DNA of 64,000 nt from a bacterium (GTDB lineage Bacteria > Patescibacteriota > Patescibacteriia > Veblenbacterales > UBA10138), in the NCBI GenBank assembly GCA_020057885.1, contig JAGVEX010000019.1:84045-148044 (forward strand), read 5' to 3'. The position numbers were made by a program, and so were the translations under genes. Shown here piece after piece: positions 1 to 9,833 of this stretch. How positions within the stretch are numbered: position 1 is the stretch's first letter; each line of letters begins with the position of its first letter. Under the pieces are notes generated by a model. That model was given only the letters and a program-made list of their open reading frames with translations. It was not told the origin of the DNA and did not search any database.

Positions 1-2186
1 ACCAGCATTAGCCATAAAAACAGCCAATAGTTGACCAACTAGAATCGTGCCCGCAAGGAATCCTCCTAGTGCATATGGTCCAAGTAAAAATCCGACTAAA
101 ATTGGTGAGCTTATGGCTAAAAGGCCAGGGCCCACTAATTCTTTTTGTGCTGTGGTAGTACAAATACCTACCACCTTGGCATAGTCTGGACTTTTTGTGC
201 CGTTAATAATTTCTTTGTCACGAAATTGTAAACGGCACTCTTTTACAATATATCCTGCGGCTCTGCCAACAGCACGAATTAGCATAGAGCTAAACAAAAA
301 TGGCACAGCACCCCCTATTAGTAACCCAATAAACACAACTGGATCTGCTAATGTCATTTTGCCCGCTTGGTCAAAATATTGAACCAAGCTCATAGTATTT
401 ATTTTATCCTCACTACCAACTGCAATTACAGCAATAAATGAAGCAAACAACGAAACCGCTGCAATTACTGCTGAGCCAATAGCAATACCTTTGGTTTCGG
501 CTTTGGTGGTATTACCAACCGCATCAAGATCGGATAAAATTTGTCGGGCGCGTTTGTAACTTCCAGGCTCAACCTTTTCCATTTCTGCTTCATCATAACC
601 CATTTCGCCAATGCCATTGGCATTGTCACAAATTGGGCCGAAGACGTCCATAGAAATAGTGTTACCTGTAAGCGTAAGCATTCCGATTCCTGCCATAGCA
701 ATTCCATACGCCACAAACATCGGCGACGTTCCAGCGTAAACTAGTACGGAAAGATAAATCGCTCCGGCAATTACAATAATGGCAGCAACTGTACTTTCAT
801 ATCCTACCGCAAAGCCCTGAATAATATTTGTGGCATGTCCGGTCTGACAAGAGCGCGCCAAACTTTTGGTTGGCTCATATGAAACATGGGTAAAGTAACT
901 TGTTACTTTATTAAGAACAATTGCCAATATCACTCCAATTAAACAGGCGATAGCTGGGCGCATATCCAATCCCGGAATTCCCCAGTTAAAAAACCAACTT
1001 AGGGCTGTGGAATCACCACCAGGAAAAGCGGCAGCGACTCCAGGATAGTTAGCAATATAGCTTGCATCAAATCTGAGATAAAAAAATCCCAGTGTCAAAA
1101 AACCAACAACACTTATAGCTGATCCTACCCAAAATCCTCGATGGACACTAGCCAACGCCGAACTTGAACCCTTATTGTCATTAGCACGTACAGTGTAGGT
1201 ACTAATAATAGAACCGAACACGCCAATACCGCGCACAAGGAGCGGAAATATCACAGCGATATGCCCGAGTCCAGCCATACCAAGAATCATAGCAGCGACA
1301 ATTGTCACTTCATATGATTCAAAAATATCAGCAGCCATGCCAGCACAATCACCCACATTATCACCGACATTATCAGCAATAGTTGCAGCATTACGTGGAT
1401 CATCCTCGGGAATACCTTGTTCAATTTTACCAACCAAATCCGCACCAACATCAGCGGCTTTGGTATAAATTCCGCCACCTACGCGCATAAACAATGCCAG
1501 CAGAGTTCCACCAAAACCAAATCCTAAAAGTGCTTCATACGCCATTCCTCCAAAAAAAGAAATATAATGGTCCCACCAAGAAGGCCGAGACTATCAGTCA
1601 GCATACCGGTAACAGTTCCGGTTCTGTAACCTAACTGCATTGCTTGGCCATAACTTTTACGAGCGGCGGTAGCCACACGTAAATTACCTATGGTAGCAAG
1701 TCGCATACCATAATAGCCAACTAACCAGCTGAAGCTTGCCCCCATAATAAAAGCGAACGAGCGCCCCCAACGTAAAGCCGGTTCAGTTGTTGTGTTTGAT
1801 ATAAATAACAATACTGTAATTATGGCTATCAGGGGCCATATCTTGCGCGCTTGTATTTTTAGGTAACTATTGGCTCCTTGCCGAATGGCCTCAGCCACTT
1901 TTTGCATTTTAACTGTACCATTGTCGGCTGCATGCACTTGCCGAGAAAGCATATATGCGTACAACAAACCAATTAGAGCAACAACTAAAATAGATAGAAG
2001 TGCAATAATTTCTGTTTTGTTATAACTGGGATCAGTGAAAATCCCAAACAAAGAAAACTGCGCTGATGAATCTGCAACATCTTCACTTACTTGTACTTGT
2101 TCAAAACCTTTTGAACCAAGCAAAACAAAACAACTGGCAAAAAATGCCAAAACTGCAAATTGCCACAACATCCTTGATGTCTTCAT
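1..2186 (-). CDS. hppA: Membrane-bound H+/Na+-translocating pyrophosphatase; frameshifted at a T7 run (1552-1558); runs off the window start
   Basis: ORF 1524..2186 gives the N-terminus. Adding one T at 1552-1558 continues into GGIYTKAADVGADLVGKIEQGIPEDDPRNAATIADNVGDNVGDCAG, then DAVGNTTKA and LAVFMANAG at position 1, all in one frame. Confidence 0.92.
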
Positions 2187-2501
2187 TTTTGATCCTCTTT
2201 TTTATTTGTGTAATTTTAATATGAATGTGGTTATTTAATAATCCAGATAATTGAGCCAAATCAACAAACCCTTAAAACAAAGAAAAACAAATCTTTGTTT
2301 GTGTAACCCAAATTTATTAATTTGTTAAAATTCAATTTTATCTTAAATTTATTTTAAATTAAAACTACCTTAACAAAAATTGAGTAATCTGTCAACAGAA
2401 ATGTGTAATTTATTAATAAAAATCAACATCAAAACACCACCCTTATTATCAATGGTTTAAAATCTTTAACAATATTAACTTAATAATTTAGCAAACGGTT
2501 G

Positions 2502-2888
2502 TTAATTGGGTATCTTATTATGAATCGCCTGCTCCAATACAGCCTGCAAATCATCTATTAGTCCTTTTACCTTAGTACAATTTTTTTGGGCCTGCTTAAC
2601 GCCATAATCTTCATGGGAAAGAAAACAAAAAGCCTCCTCTAATAAAACATTTATCTCATTAACTTGATCTGGTGCAAATAAATCTAATTTACGGATAATT
2701 GATAAAGAATTTTCCGGTAACGATCGGCAATAATTATCTATCTCTGCTTGGTGGAGGAGATAAAATTCTTCTAATTTAAATTTAAACTTTTGCCTGAGAT
2801 CAGTGATTTCTTTTTCTACTTCTACATTTTGGTTATATATATTTTCTTTTAAATTAGTCTCTCCTTCAATCATATGCTTTTTTATCAT
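2502..2888 (-). CDS. Hypothetical helical protein
   Basis: 128-aa ORF overlapping the end of the upstream gene; no recognisable motif. Confidence 0.55.
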   Translation of the reverse strand: MIKKHMIEGETNLKENIYNQNVEVEKEITDLRQKFKFKLEEFYLLHQAEIDNYCRSLPENSLSIIRKLDLFAPDQVNEINVLLEEAFCFLSHEDYGVKQAQKNCTKVKGLIDDLQAVLEQAIHNKIPN

Positions 2889-4260
2889 TTAAAAATAAAA
2901 TCAACCACAGCAACATAAACATAGATGCTATGGTCCACCAATAGTGATCAAAAAGTGAAGTAATAGTAATCGGAATAATAAATATCAAATTACGAATTAT
3001 ATATGTTTTTAGTTTAAGCCACAAAAGCCAAATAAAAAATATTAGGCCTATAATACCAAATTCCGTTAATATGAGAAGAAAAATATTATGAACCGGTTGA
3101 TAACGATAAGCTCTATACCCAGGCTCAAAGCTAATTAAAGCAACCGTGTAATTGCCCATACCAACACCGTGCCACCAAGATTCTCTAAGTAAGCTCCGAC
3201 TTTCACCAATGCTCCCCACACGCTCATCAATGGATTGCTGTTCTAATTTTGAACCACCCATAAATCTGCCTACGGTTGGTTGCCAATATAAGACACCTAA
3301 AATAATAAAAACCAAGGCAGTAATTACCATCACACTCAAACTGTCATTGCGAGGAGCGAAGCAACGAAGCAATCTATTCGGATTGCCACGCTCCTCGACA
3401 AACTCGGGGCTCGCAATGACGTCGTGTTTATCTTTCCACCACCATAATCCTAAGGTAATAAATAAAGCCAGCCAAGCACCACGAGAAAAAGTAAAAAACA
3501 ACCCCGCAAGTTGAACTACATAAATTACTAACAACCATTTTGCATTTTGATTTTTTATTTTTACATTTTCTAAATATAGCCACACCGTAACTAAACAAGT
3601 TATAACTAGCAATCCCCCCAACACATTAGGATGCACCTGCCCAGCATAAGCCCTGAGCCACCTACCAGCTGATGTTAATACTACAGACGTGCCGGGTTGT
3701 GTTAAGGGGTGAATTGCCACTCCCAACCACTTATTGGCAAAAGTTGATTGTGTTAAAAATTGACTAATGCCCCACAAAGCCTGAATTGTGCCAGCAAAGG
3801 CTAAACTTAAAAATATTAAATTTAATTTTGGCTTAATAGTTTTTATTAAAAGCCATAGTATACCACCTTCCAACAATCTCGCACTCCAAACCATTGCCAA
3901 CAATTTATCTGTTGACCAAAAAATTGAAACAAGGGTATAAAGTAAAAGTAAAAGATAAATCACGCGAAAATCCAAATTCCAAAATCCAAATGTCAAAAAA
4001 TTTAAACTTTCAGATTTTGAGTTTGGTTTGGTATTTGAGCTTTGGATTTTGAAATTTTTAGCTTCCTGCCACATCAACGGCCAACTTATTACTAATAAAA
4101 CTATTAATAATATGTCCCAGCCGTATAATGAAATTCTTCCATATTCCCAAACCTCTCCATTAACTGGGATATCTCTAATAATCCACCTTGTTTGCCAAGG
4201 GAGGATAAATATTAATAAATAAAACAAATATTCTTTTATCTTAAATCTGGATAACCACAT
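2866..4260 (-). CDS. O-antigen ligase (Wzy_C/WaaL-like) family membrane protein
   Basis: Multiple TM helices; RAYAGQVHPNVLGG, TFSRGAW, GVGMGNY, PVHNIFLLILTEFG motifs. Confidence 0.85.
   Translation of the reverse strand: MWLSRFKIKEYLFYLLIFILPWQTRWIIRDIPVNGEVWEYGRISLYGWDILLIVLLVISWPLMWQEAKNFKIQSSNTKPNSKSESLNFLTFGFWNLDFRVIYLLLLLYTLVSIFWSTDKLLAMVWSARLLEGGILWLLIKTIKPKLNLIFLSLAFAGTIQALWGISQFLTQSTFANKWLGVAIHPLTQPGTSVVLTSAGRWLRAYAGQVHPNVLGGLLVITCLVTVWLYLENVKIKNQNAKWLLVIYVVQLAGLFFTFSRGAWLALFITLGLWWWKDKHDVIASPEFVEERGNPNRLLRCFAPRNDSLSVMVITALVFIILGVLYWQPTVGRFMGGSKLEQQSIDERVGSIGESRSLLRESWWHGVGMGNYTVALISFEPGYRAYRYQPVHNIFLLILTEFGIIGLIFFIWLLWLKLKTYIIRNLIFIIPITITSLFDHYWWTIASMFMLLWLILFLNDKKAYD
3343..3420. 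repeat. 78-bp palindromic element (RPE-like) inserted in frame in the O-antigen ligase gene
   Basis: Terminal inverted repeats GTCATTGCGAG...CTCGCAATGAC; internal GCAATC/GATTGC; GC-rich in an AT-rich gene; length divisible by 3. Confidence 0.8.
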
Positions 4261-4303
4261 AAATGTATTATCCCTTTATTTAATTAGATTCGCAAGAAAC
4301 AAA

Positions 4304-4330
4304 AAGAGAAGTTTTAAAACTTCTCTTTAA
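4304..4330. terminator. Hairpin after uvrA
   Basis: aaagagaagtttt/aaaacttctcttt inverted repeat with T-run on the minus strand. Confidence 0.55.
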
Positions 4331-4337
4331 ACATGTC

Positions 4338-7316
4338 TTATAGAACTTTTTTCAACCATTGCCCCGTATAACTCTGCTTAGCCTTAACAATTTCCTTAGG
4401 TGTACCCTCGGCCACTAAATAGCCTCCTGCTTCACCACCCTCAGGGCCTAAATCAATTATCCAATCAGCACATTTAATAACATCCAAATTATGTTCAATT
4501 ACCAATATAGTATTACCACGCTCAACCAATTCGTTAAGCACCCTCAGCAAACACTTAACATCTTCAAAATGCAAACCAGTGGTTGGTTCGTCAAGAATAT
4601 AAAGCGTACGACCAGTAGAGCGGCGTGAAAGCTCAGTGGCCAACTTAATGCGTTGAGCCTCGCCACCAGAAAGCGTGGTAGCACTTTGCCCCAAATGAAT
4701 ATAGCCCAAACCAACATCACAAAGCACTTTTAATTTATCATGAATAATTGGCACATTTTCAAAAAAATTCATGGCCTCTTCAGCTGTCATCTCTAAAACA
4801 TCAGAAATATTTTTACCTTTATAGTGAATATCCAAAGCTTGCTGATTATAGCGCTTGCCATGACACTCTTCGCATTCTACATAAACATCTGGTAAAAAGT
4901 GCATTTCAATGCGCACCAAACCATCTCCCTCACAAGCCTCACAACGACCGCCTTTTACATTAAAGGAAAAGCGCCCTGGGTCGTAACCACGAATTTTAGC
5001 TTCGGGTAATTGCGAAAATAAATCACGTATTGGTGTAAATACTCCAGTATAAGTAGCCGGATTAGAACGTGGCGTGCGTCCAATTGGACTTTGATCAATA
5101 TCAATCACTTTATCAATATGTTCCAAACCTTTAATAGTTTTATGTTTGCCGGGCAATTCTTTGGAATTGTAAAAATGCTGGCCCAAGGCTTTAGCTAGAA
5201 TTTCGGTCATTAAAGTTGATTTACCAGAACCAGAAACGCCGGTAATACACACTAATTTTCCAAGCGGTATCTCAATATTAATATTTTTAAGATTAAATTC
5301 CTGAGCACCTTGAATGATAATTTTTTTACCATTACCAGAGTGTAGTTTAACAGGGATTGGAATAGTAGATTTACCGGAAAGATATTGACCAGTAAGTGAC
5401 TCTTTGATTTGCGCCACTTCCTGTGGCGTGCCTTGCGCCACCACTTCACCACCATGCTTGCCAGCACCAGGCCCAATATCAATTAACTGATCAGCCGCCA
5501 TCATAGTTTCATAATCATGCTCCACCACTATTACTGTATTACCTAAATCTCTCAATCGTTTCAAGGTGGTTATTAATTTATCATTATCACGCTGATGCAA
5601 ACCAATAGAAGGTTCATCTAAAATATAAATCACGCCAACTAAGCTCGAGCCAATTTGAGTAGCTAACCTAATACGTTGCGCCTCACCGCCGGAAAGTGTG
5701 GCAGCAGTGCGATCAAGTGATAAATAATCAAGCCCCACATCCGATAAAAACATAAGACGCTCGCGAATTTCTTTTATTATTTGCTTAGCAATTTTAAGTT
5801 CCCGTTCAGAAAGTTTGCTTTCTATACCTATAAAAAATTCTCTAGCTTTGATAACCGATAAAGTTGTAACTTCAGCTATATTTTTATCTAAAATTGTTAC
5901 TGCTAATATCTCCGGTTTTAGCCTTTTACCCTGACAAGTGGGGCAAGCCCATACGCGCATATAACGCTCAATTTCACTGCGCATATAATCGGATTCTGTT
6001 TCCTTATAACGGCGCTCTAGGTTAGGAATTACACCTTCAAAAGTAGTATAAAACTCGCGCACCTTGCCCATTTGGCCTTCGGCCGCATTTACATTATAAG
6101 TTTTGGCGCCAGTGCCATAAAATACTATTTTAAGCTGTTCACGGGTTAACTTATTCACCGGCATGTTTAAGGAAAAACCATTCTCCCGCGCCACCGCTTC
6201 CATAATTCTAAAATACCAAGTTTGATTAGCTGAAGTACGGGACCATGGTCTAATAGCGCCCTCAGCGAGTGAAAGACGCTTATTGGGAATTACTAAATCA
6301 GGATCTACCTCGAGTTTGGTGCCAAGCCCTGTACAAGACGAGCAAGCACCATGTGGTGAATTAAACGAAAAACTGCGCGGTTCAATATTGGGTAAATCTA
6401 CATTACAATGAGGACAAGAAAAATGTGCGCTAAATAAAAATTCCTCACCTGTATCTTGCCGTCTAACTTTAATAATACCGTCACCTAAATCAAGCGCGGT
6501 TTCTAACGAATCTGTTAAGCGGGTAATATCATCTGGATCTCGGGAAATATTCACTCTATCAACCACTACCTCAATAGTGTGGCGGCGTTGTTTGTCTACG
6601 CGCAAATCCTCGGCCTCGTCCATGGACATCAAATTGCCATCAAAACGCACACGCACGTAGCCGGCTTTTTTAAGCTCGGTAATAATGTGCCTATGTTCAC
6701 CTTTTTGGTCACGTATTACTGGCGCCAAAAGTTCTATACCAATTCCTAATGTAAGCTCGCCTAAACGCCCCACAATTTGATCCACTGTTTGTTTGGAAAC
6801 CTCGCGGCCACAAGAGGGACAATGCGGCTTGCCAATACGCGCAAAAAATAATCTTAAATAATCATAAATTTCTGTTACTGTGCCGACTGTGGAACGAGGA
6901 TTGTGCGAAGTTGATCTTTGGTCAATGGAAATAGCCGGGCTTAAACCTTCTATTTGGTCCACATCTGGCTTATCCATTACTCCCAAAAACTGCCTAGCGT
7001 AAGAAGAAAGTGATTCAATATAACGGCGCTGACCTTCGGCATAAATAGTATCAAAAGCCAATGATGATTTACCCGAACCAGAAAGCCCGGTTATCACCAC
7101 TAATTTATTGCGCGGAATATTCAGTGAAATATTTTTTAAATTGTGCACTCTGGCGCCGCGGATAACAATATTTTCCGCTGGGTGTAAATTACCATGCCCA
7201 TTGCTTCCGTTTTTAACCACACCACTAGTGAGACTGCTACTACCAAAAGACTTGCCATTACGAATTTTTGGCTGTACTGCTTTTACTTTTTTGACTTTTG
7301 AGTTAAATTTTGGCAT
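4338..7316 (-). CDS. uvrA: Excinuclease ABC subunit A
   Basis: Two Walker A motifs ([18 protein letters not shown]), LSGGEAQRI twice, Zn-finger CxxC pairs. Confidence 0.98.
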   Translation of the reverse strand: MPKFNSKVKKVKAVQPKIRNGKSFGSSSLTSGVVKNGSNGHGNLHPAENIVIRGARVHNLKNISLNIPRNKLVVITGLSGSGKSSLAFDTIYAEGQRRYIESLSSYARQFLGVMDKPDVDQIEGLSPAISIDQRSTSHNPRSTVGTVTEIYDYLRLFFARIGKPHCPSCGREVSKQTVDQIVGRLGELTLGIGIELLAPVIRDQKGEHRHIITELKKAGYVRVRFDGNLMSMDEAEDLRVDKQRRHTIEVVVDRVNISRDPDDITRLTDSLETALDLGDGIIKVRRQDTGEEFLFSAHFSCPHCNVDLPNIEPRSFSFNSPHGACSSCTGLGTKLEVDPDLVIPNKRLSLAEGAIRPWSRTSANQTWYFRIMEAVARENGFSLNMPVNKLTREQLKIVFYGTGAKTYNVNAAEGQMGKVREFYTTFEGVIPNLERRYKETESDYMRSEIERYMRVWACPTCQGKRLKPEILAVTILDKNIAEVTTLSVIKAREFFIGIESKLSERELKIAKQIIKEIRERLMFLSDVGLDYLSLDRTAATLSGGEAQRIRLATQIGSSLVGVIYILDEPSIGLHQRDNDKLITTLKRLRDLGNTVIVVEHDYETMMAADQLIDIGPGAGKHGGEVVAQGTPQEVAQIKESLTGQYLSGKSTIPIPVKLHSGNGKKIIIQGAQEFNLKNINIEIPLGKLVCITGVSGSGKSTLMTEILAKALGQHFYNSKELPGKHKTIKGLEHIDKVIDIDQSPIGRTPRSNPATYTGVFTPIRDLFSQLPEAKIRGYDPGRFSFNVKGGRCEACEGDGLVRIEMHFLPDVYVECEECHGKRYNQQALDIHYKGKNISDVLEMTAEEAMNFFENVPIIHDKLKVLCDVGLGYIHLGQSATTLSGGEAQRIKLATELSRRSTGRTLYILDEPTTGLHFEDVKCLLRVLNELVERGNTILVIEHNLDVIKCADWIIDLGPEGGEAGGYLVAEGTPKEIVKAKQSYTGQWLKKVL

Positions 7317-7424
7317 AGATACGCAAAGTAGAAGTAATTATACTACTCGTGTCAAGAGAGGTCAAGGGGTAAATAAAAAAGGGAGATTTAACAAAAATCT
7401 CCCCATGCAAACGCTTTGTTTTTC

Positions 7425-7664
7425 CTATTGTTTATTCTTATTTGGATCATCGTGGTGTAAGGCCACTTGTTTTTGAATATCAAAAAAGAAAGGTATTTCG
7501 GAATCGTTTACTGCGATGTGTGAAAATAATTTTAATGTCTCTGGTTTGGGTTCTCCTGGTCTAATCACACCATCAGTATTATATTTCCTTTTTAATATTC
7601 TACTTGCCAATGAAATTTGACCCATTTCAGTAGAAAGATCCAATGAATCTGTTTCGTCTGCCAT
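7425..7664 (-). CDS. Small hypothetical protein
   Basis: 79-aa ORF with AAGGAA upstream and a downstream hairpin (7381-7404). Confidence 0.5.
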   Translation of the reverse strand: MADETDSLDLSTEMGQISLASRILKRKYNTDGVIRPGEPKPETLKLFSHIAVNDSEIPFFFDIQKQVALHHDDPNKNKQ

Positions 7665-7770
7665 TTTAAGGTTCCTTATATTATTTTTTTGTTTTAATTA
7701 TCTTTTATGAATTATCCTACAATGTAAAGCAAAATATGTATATTGTCAATAGCTAAGGTATACTAAAAAT

Positions 7771-9522
7771 ATGGACCGAATATTAGCTAACCAACTAAAG
7801 CAATTAACACCCAACCCAGGAATTTATCAATTTTTTAATAAACAGGGTGATTTGCTTTATGTGGGCAAAGCTAAAAATCTACGTTCACGTATACGATCGT
7901 ATTTTCAAACTGGCGCTAACTTAAGTCCGGCCAAAAAAATAATGGTGGAAAAAATACATCACCTAAGCACCACAATTGTAAAAAATGAAACTGAAGCTTT
8001 GTTGTTTGAGGGCAACTTGATTAAACAATACCACCCTCCCTACAACATAGTTTTGAAGGATGATAAGAGTTGGCTTTATTTTGCCATTGATTATCGCGAA
8101 AAATATCCTCGTGTCACTTTAGAGCGAAAACCAACTGTGGATGGTGTAAAATATTTCGGACCATATCCAACAGCCAGTACGGTGAGAAACTCTTTCCAAA
8201 TACTTAAAAAAGTCTTAGGGCTTAAAACTTGTACTAATCCTCCTACTAAACCCTGCTTTGCCAGTAAATTAGGGCAATGTTTAGGACATAGAATAACAAC
8301 TCATAGCCGTTCTAATTATCAACAAAATCTTAAAACTTTTGAAAGTATATTACGCGGCCACGCTCAGGAATTAATAATTTCTTTACAAAAAAAGATGAGC
8401 GAATCCAGCCAGCGACAACTCTTTGAAAAAGCGAGTAAGTTGCGCGATCAAATAAAAGCCTTACAAAAAATAACCATTAAACAAAATATCATAAGCCCAC
8501 AACCAGAAAGTTATGATATTTGGGGAGTGGCACATACAAACAGCAATGCGGCCACAGCCCGCTTGCCAGTACGACGTGGGATACTTTTGGATATAGAAAA
8601 ATTTCTTTTGGATTGCACGCCAGGCCTTAGTGAGCAGGAAATTTTGAATGATTTTTTGGAGCAATATTACCCTCAGGCTGTCGAGCGACCTAAACTCGTC
8701 TACTTGCCTACTCAATTTATTGAAAAAAAAATCTTAGGTATAAAAATTATAATGCCGGAGCGAGGTAAAAAACGCTCACTTATAAAGATGGCACAAAAAG
8801 CAGCTGCTATTCACTTAGACCAAAGTGCAGCCAGTTGGGAAAGGCGCGAAGTTAGAGCTAAAAATGGATTAAAAGAACTGCAAAAAATACTATCACTGCC
8901 AAGGCTACCCCAACGCATTGAGGGTTATGACATTTCTAATATCCAAGGCCAAGAGGCGGTTGGCTCAATGGTAGTGCTAACAAATGGTCTAGCTGATTCT
9001 AAACAATACCGCAAATTTAAAATACAAGGTTTAAAAACACCAAATGACGTTGCTATGCTGGCGCAAATTATAAATCGCCGTTTTAACAAAAATAAAGATT
9101 GGCCTTTACCTGATTTAGTAATGTTAGATGGCGGAGCAGGGCAACTAACAGTGGCCAAAAAAGAGTTAATTAAATTTAATACAAATTTACCCTTGGTGGC
9201 CCTGGCTAAACAAGAAGAATTACTTTATATACCAAACAAATCAACTCCTCTTAAACTGCCAGCTAATTCATCGGCCTTACTTTTATTGCAAGAACTGCGC
9301 GATGAAGCTCACCGTTTTGGCATTACCTTTTATCGTTCACGACATAGAAAAATTAATATTAAATCCGGTTGGGATGAATTGCCCGGAGTTGGACCTGTGC
9401 TAAAACGTAAATTAAAAGCTACTTTTGGCTCTTTAAATAACTTGCGTCAAGCGCCGTTAGATAAGGTATCAGCCGTAGTTGGCCAAAAACGCGCCCAATA
9501 TGTTAAAAAACACCTTAATTAA
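7771..9522 (+). CDS. uvrC: Excinuclease ABC subunit C
   Basis: N-terminal GIY-YIG (PGIYQF..LYVGKAKNLRSR), RIEGYDISN, DEAHRFG, C-terminal HhH. Confidence 0.97.
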   Translation: MDRILANQLKQLTPNPGIYQFFNKQGDLLYVGKAKNLRSRIRSYFQTGANLSPAKKIMVEKIHHLSTTIVKNETEALLFEGNLIKQYHPPYNIVLKDDKSWLYFAIDYREKYPRVTLERKPTVDGVKYFGPYPTASTVRNSFQILKKVLGLKTCTNPPTKPCFASKLGQCLGHRITTHSRSNYQQNLKTFESILRGHAQELIISLQKKMSESSQRQLFEKASKLRDQIKALQKITIKQNIISPQPESYDIWGVAHTNSNAATARLPVRRGILLDIEKFLLDCTPGLSEQEILNDFLEQYYPQAVERPKLVYLPTQFIEKKILGIKIIMPERGKKRSLIKMAQKAAAIHLDQSAASWERREVRAKNGLKELQKILSLPRLPQRIEGYDISNIQGQEAVGSMVVLTNGLADSKQYRKFKIQGLKTPNDVAMLAQIINRRFNKNKDWPLPDLVMLDGGAGQLTVAKKELIKFNTNLPLVALAKQEELLYIPNKSTPLKLPANSSALLLLQELRDEAHRFGITFYRSRHRKINIKSGWDELPGVGPVLKRKLKATFGSLNNLRQAPLDKVSAVVGQKRAQYVKKHLN

Positions 9523-9624
9523 AAATAGGCTTGACTAATCTATCTAAATTAGTGTATGTTGAAATATCAAAACCAAAACTCAAATAATTAACAAACAAAA
9601 ACAACTAACAAAAGGAGATAAAAA

Positions 9625-9783
9625 TTGAAAAAAATTATATGGTTACTTGCCTTTATTGGCTTTGGAGGAATCGGGGGAATCATCATCTCGAAAAGTATAA
9701 AAACGAAAAGGGGTCTAGCAATTGATAATTTGAAAGATGATGATAATGATCTGGGCCATCGTATGGCCGAATCTGGCGTGTAA
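9625..9783 (+). CDS. 52-aa small membrane-anchored protein (below the ORF track cutoff)
   Basis: TTG start after AAGGAG; MKKIIWLLAFIGFGGIGGIIISK...; TTGACT...TATGTT promoter-like sequence at 9531; terminator follows. Confidence 0.55.
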   Translation: MKKIIWLLAFIGFGGIGGIIISKSIKTKRGLAIDNLKDDDNDLGHRMAESGV

Positions 9784-9797
9784 CTACAATTTTTTGC

Positions 9798-9831
9798 AAA
9801 ATGCCCTCAATTTTTAACGAGGGCATTTTTA
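9798..9831. terminator. Bidirectional intrinsic terminator
   Basis: aaaatgccctc...gagggcatttt between convergent genes. Confidence 0.7.
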
Positions 9832-9833
9832 TT

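Noticed and set aside
197-744. Short ORFs 197..382, 465..716 and 541..744, and similar antisense/overlapping ORFs throughout the track
   Set aside because: They are shadows of longer, motif-bearing genes (here the hppA frame) and have no recognisable motifs
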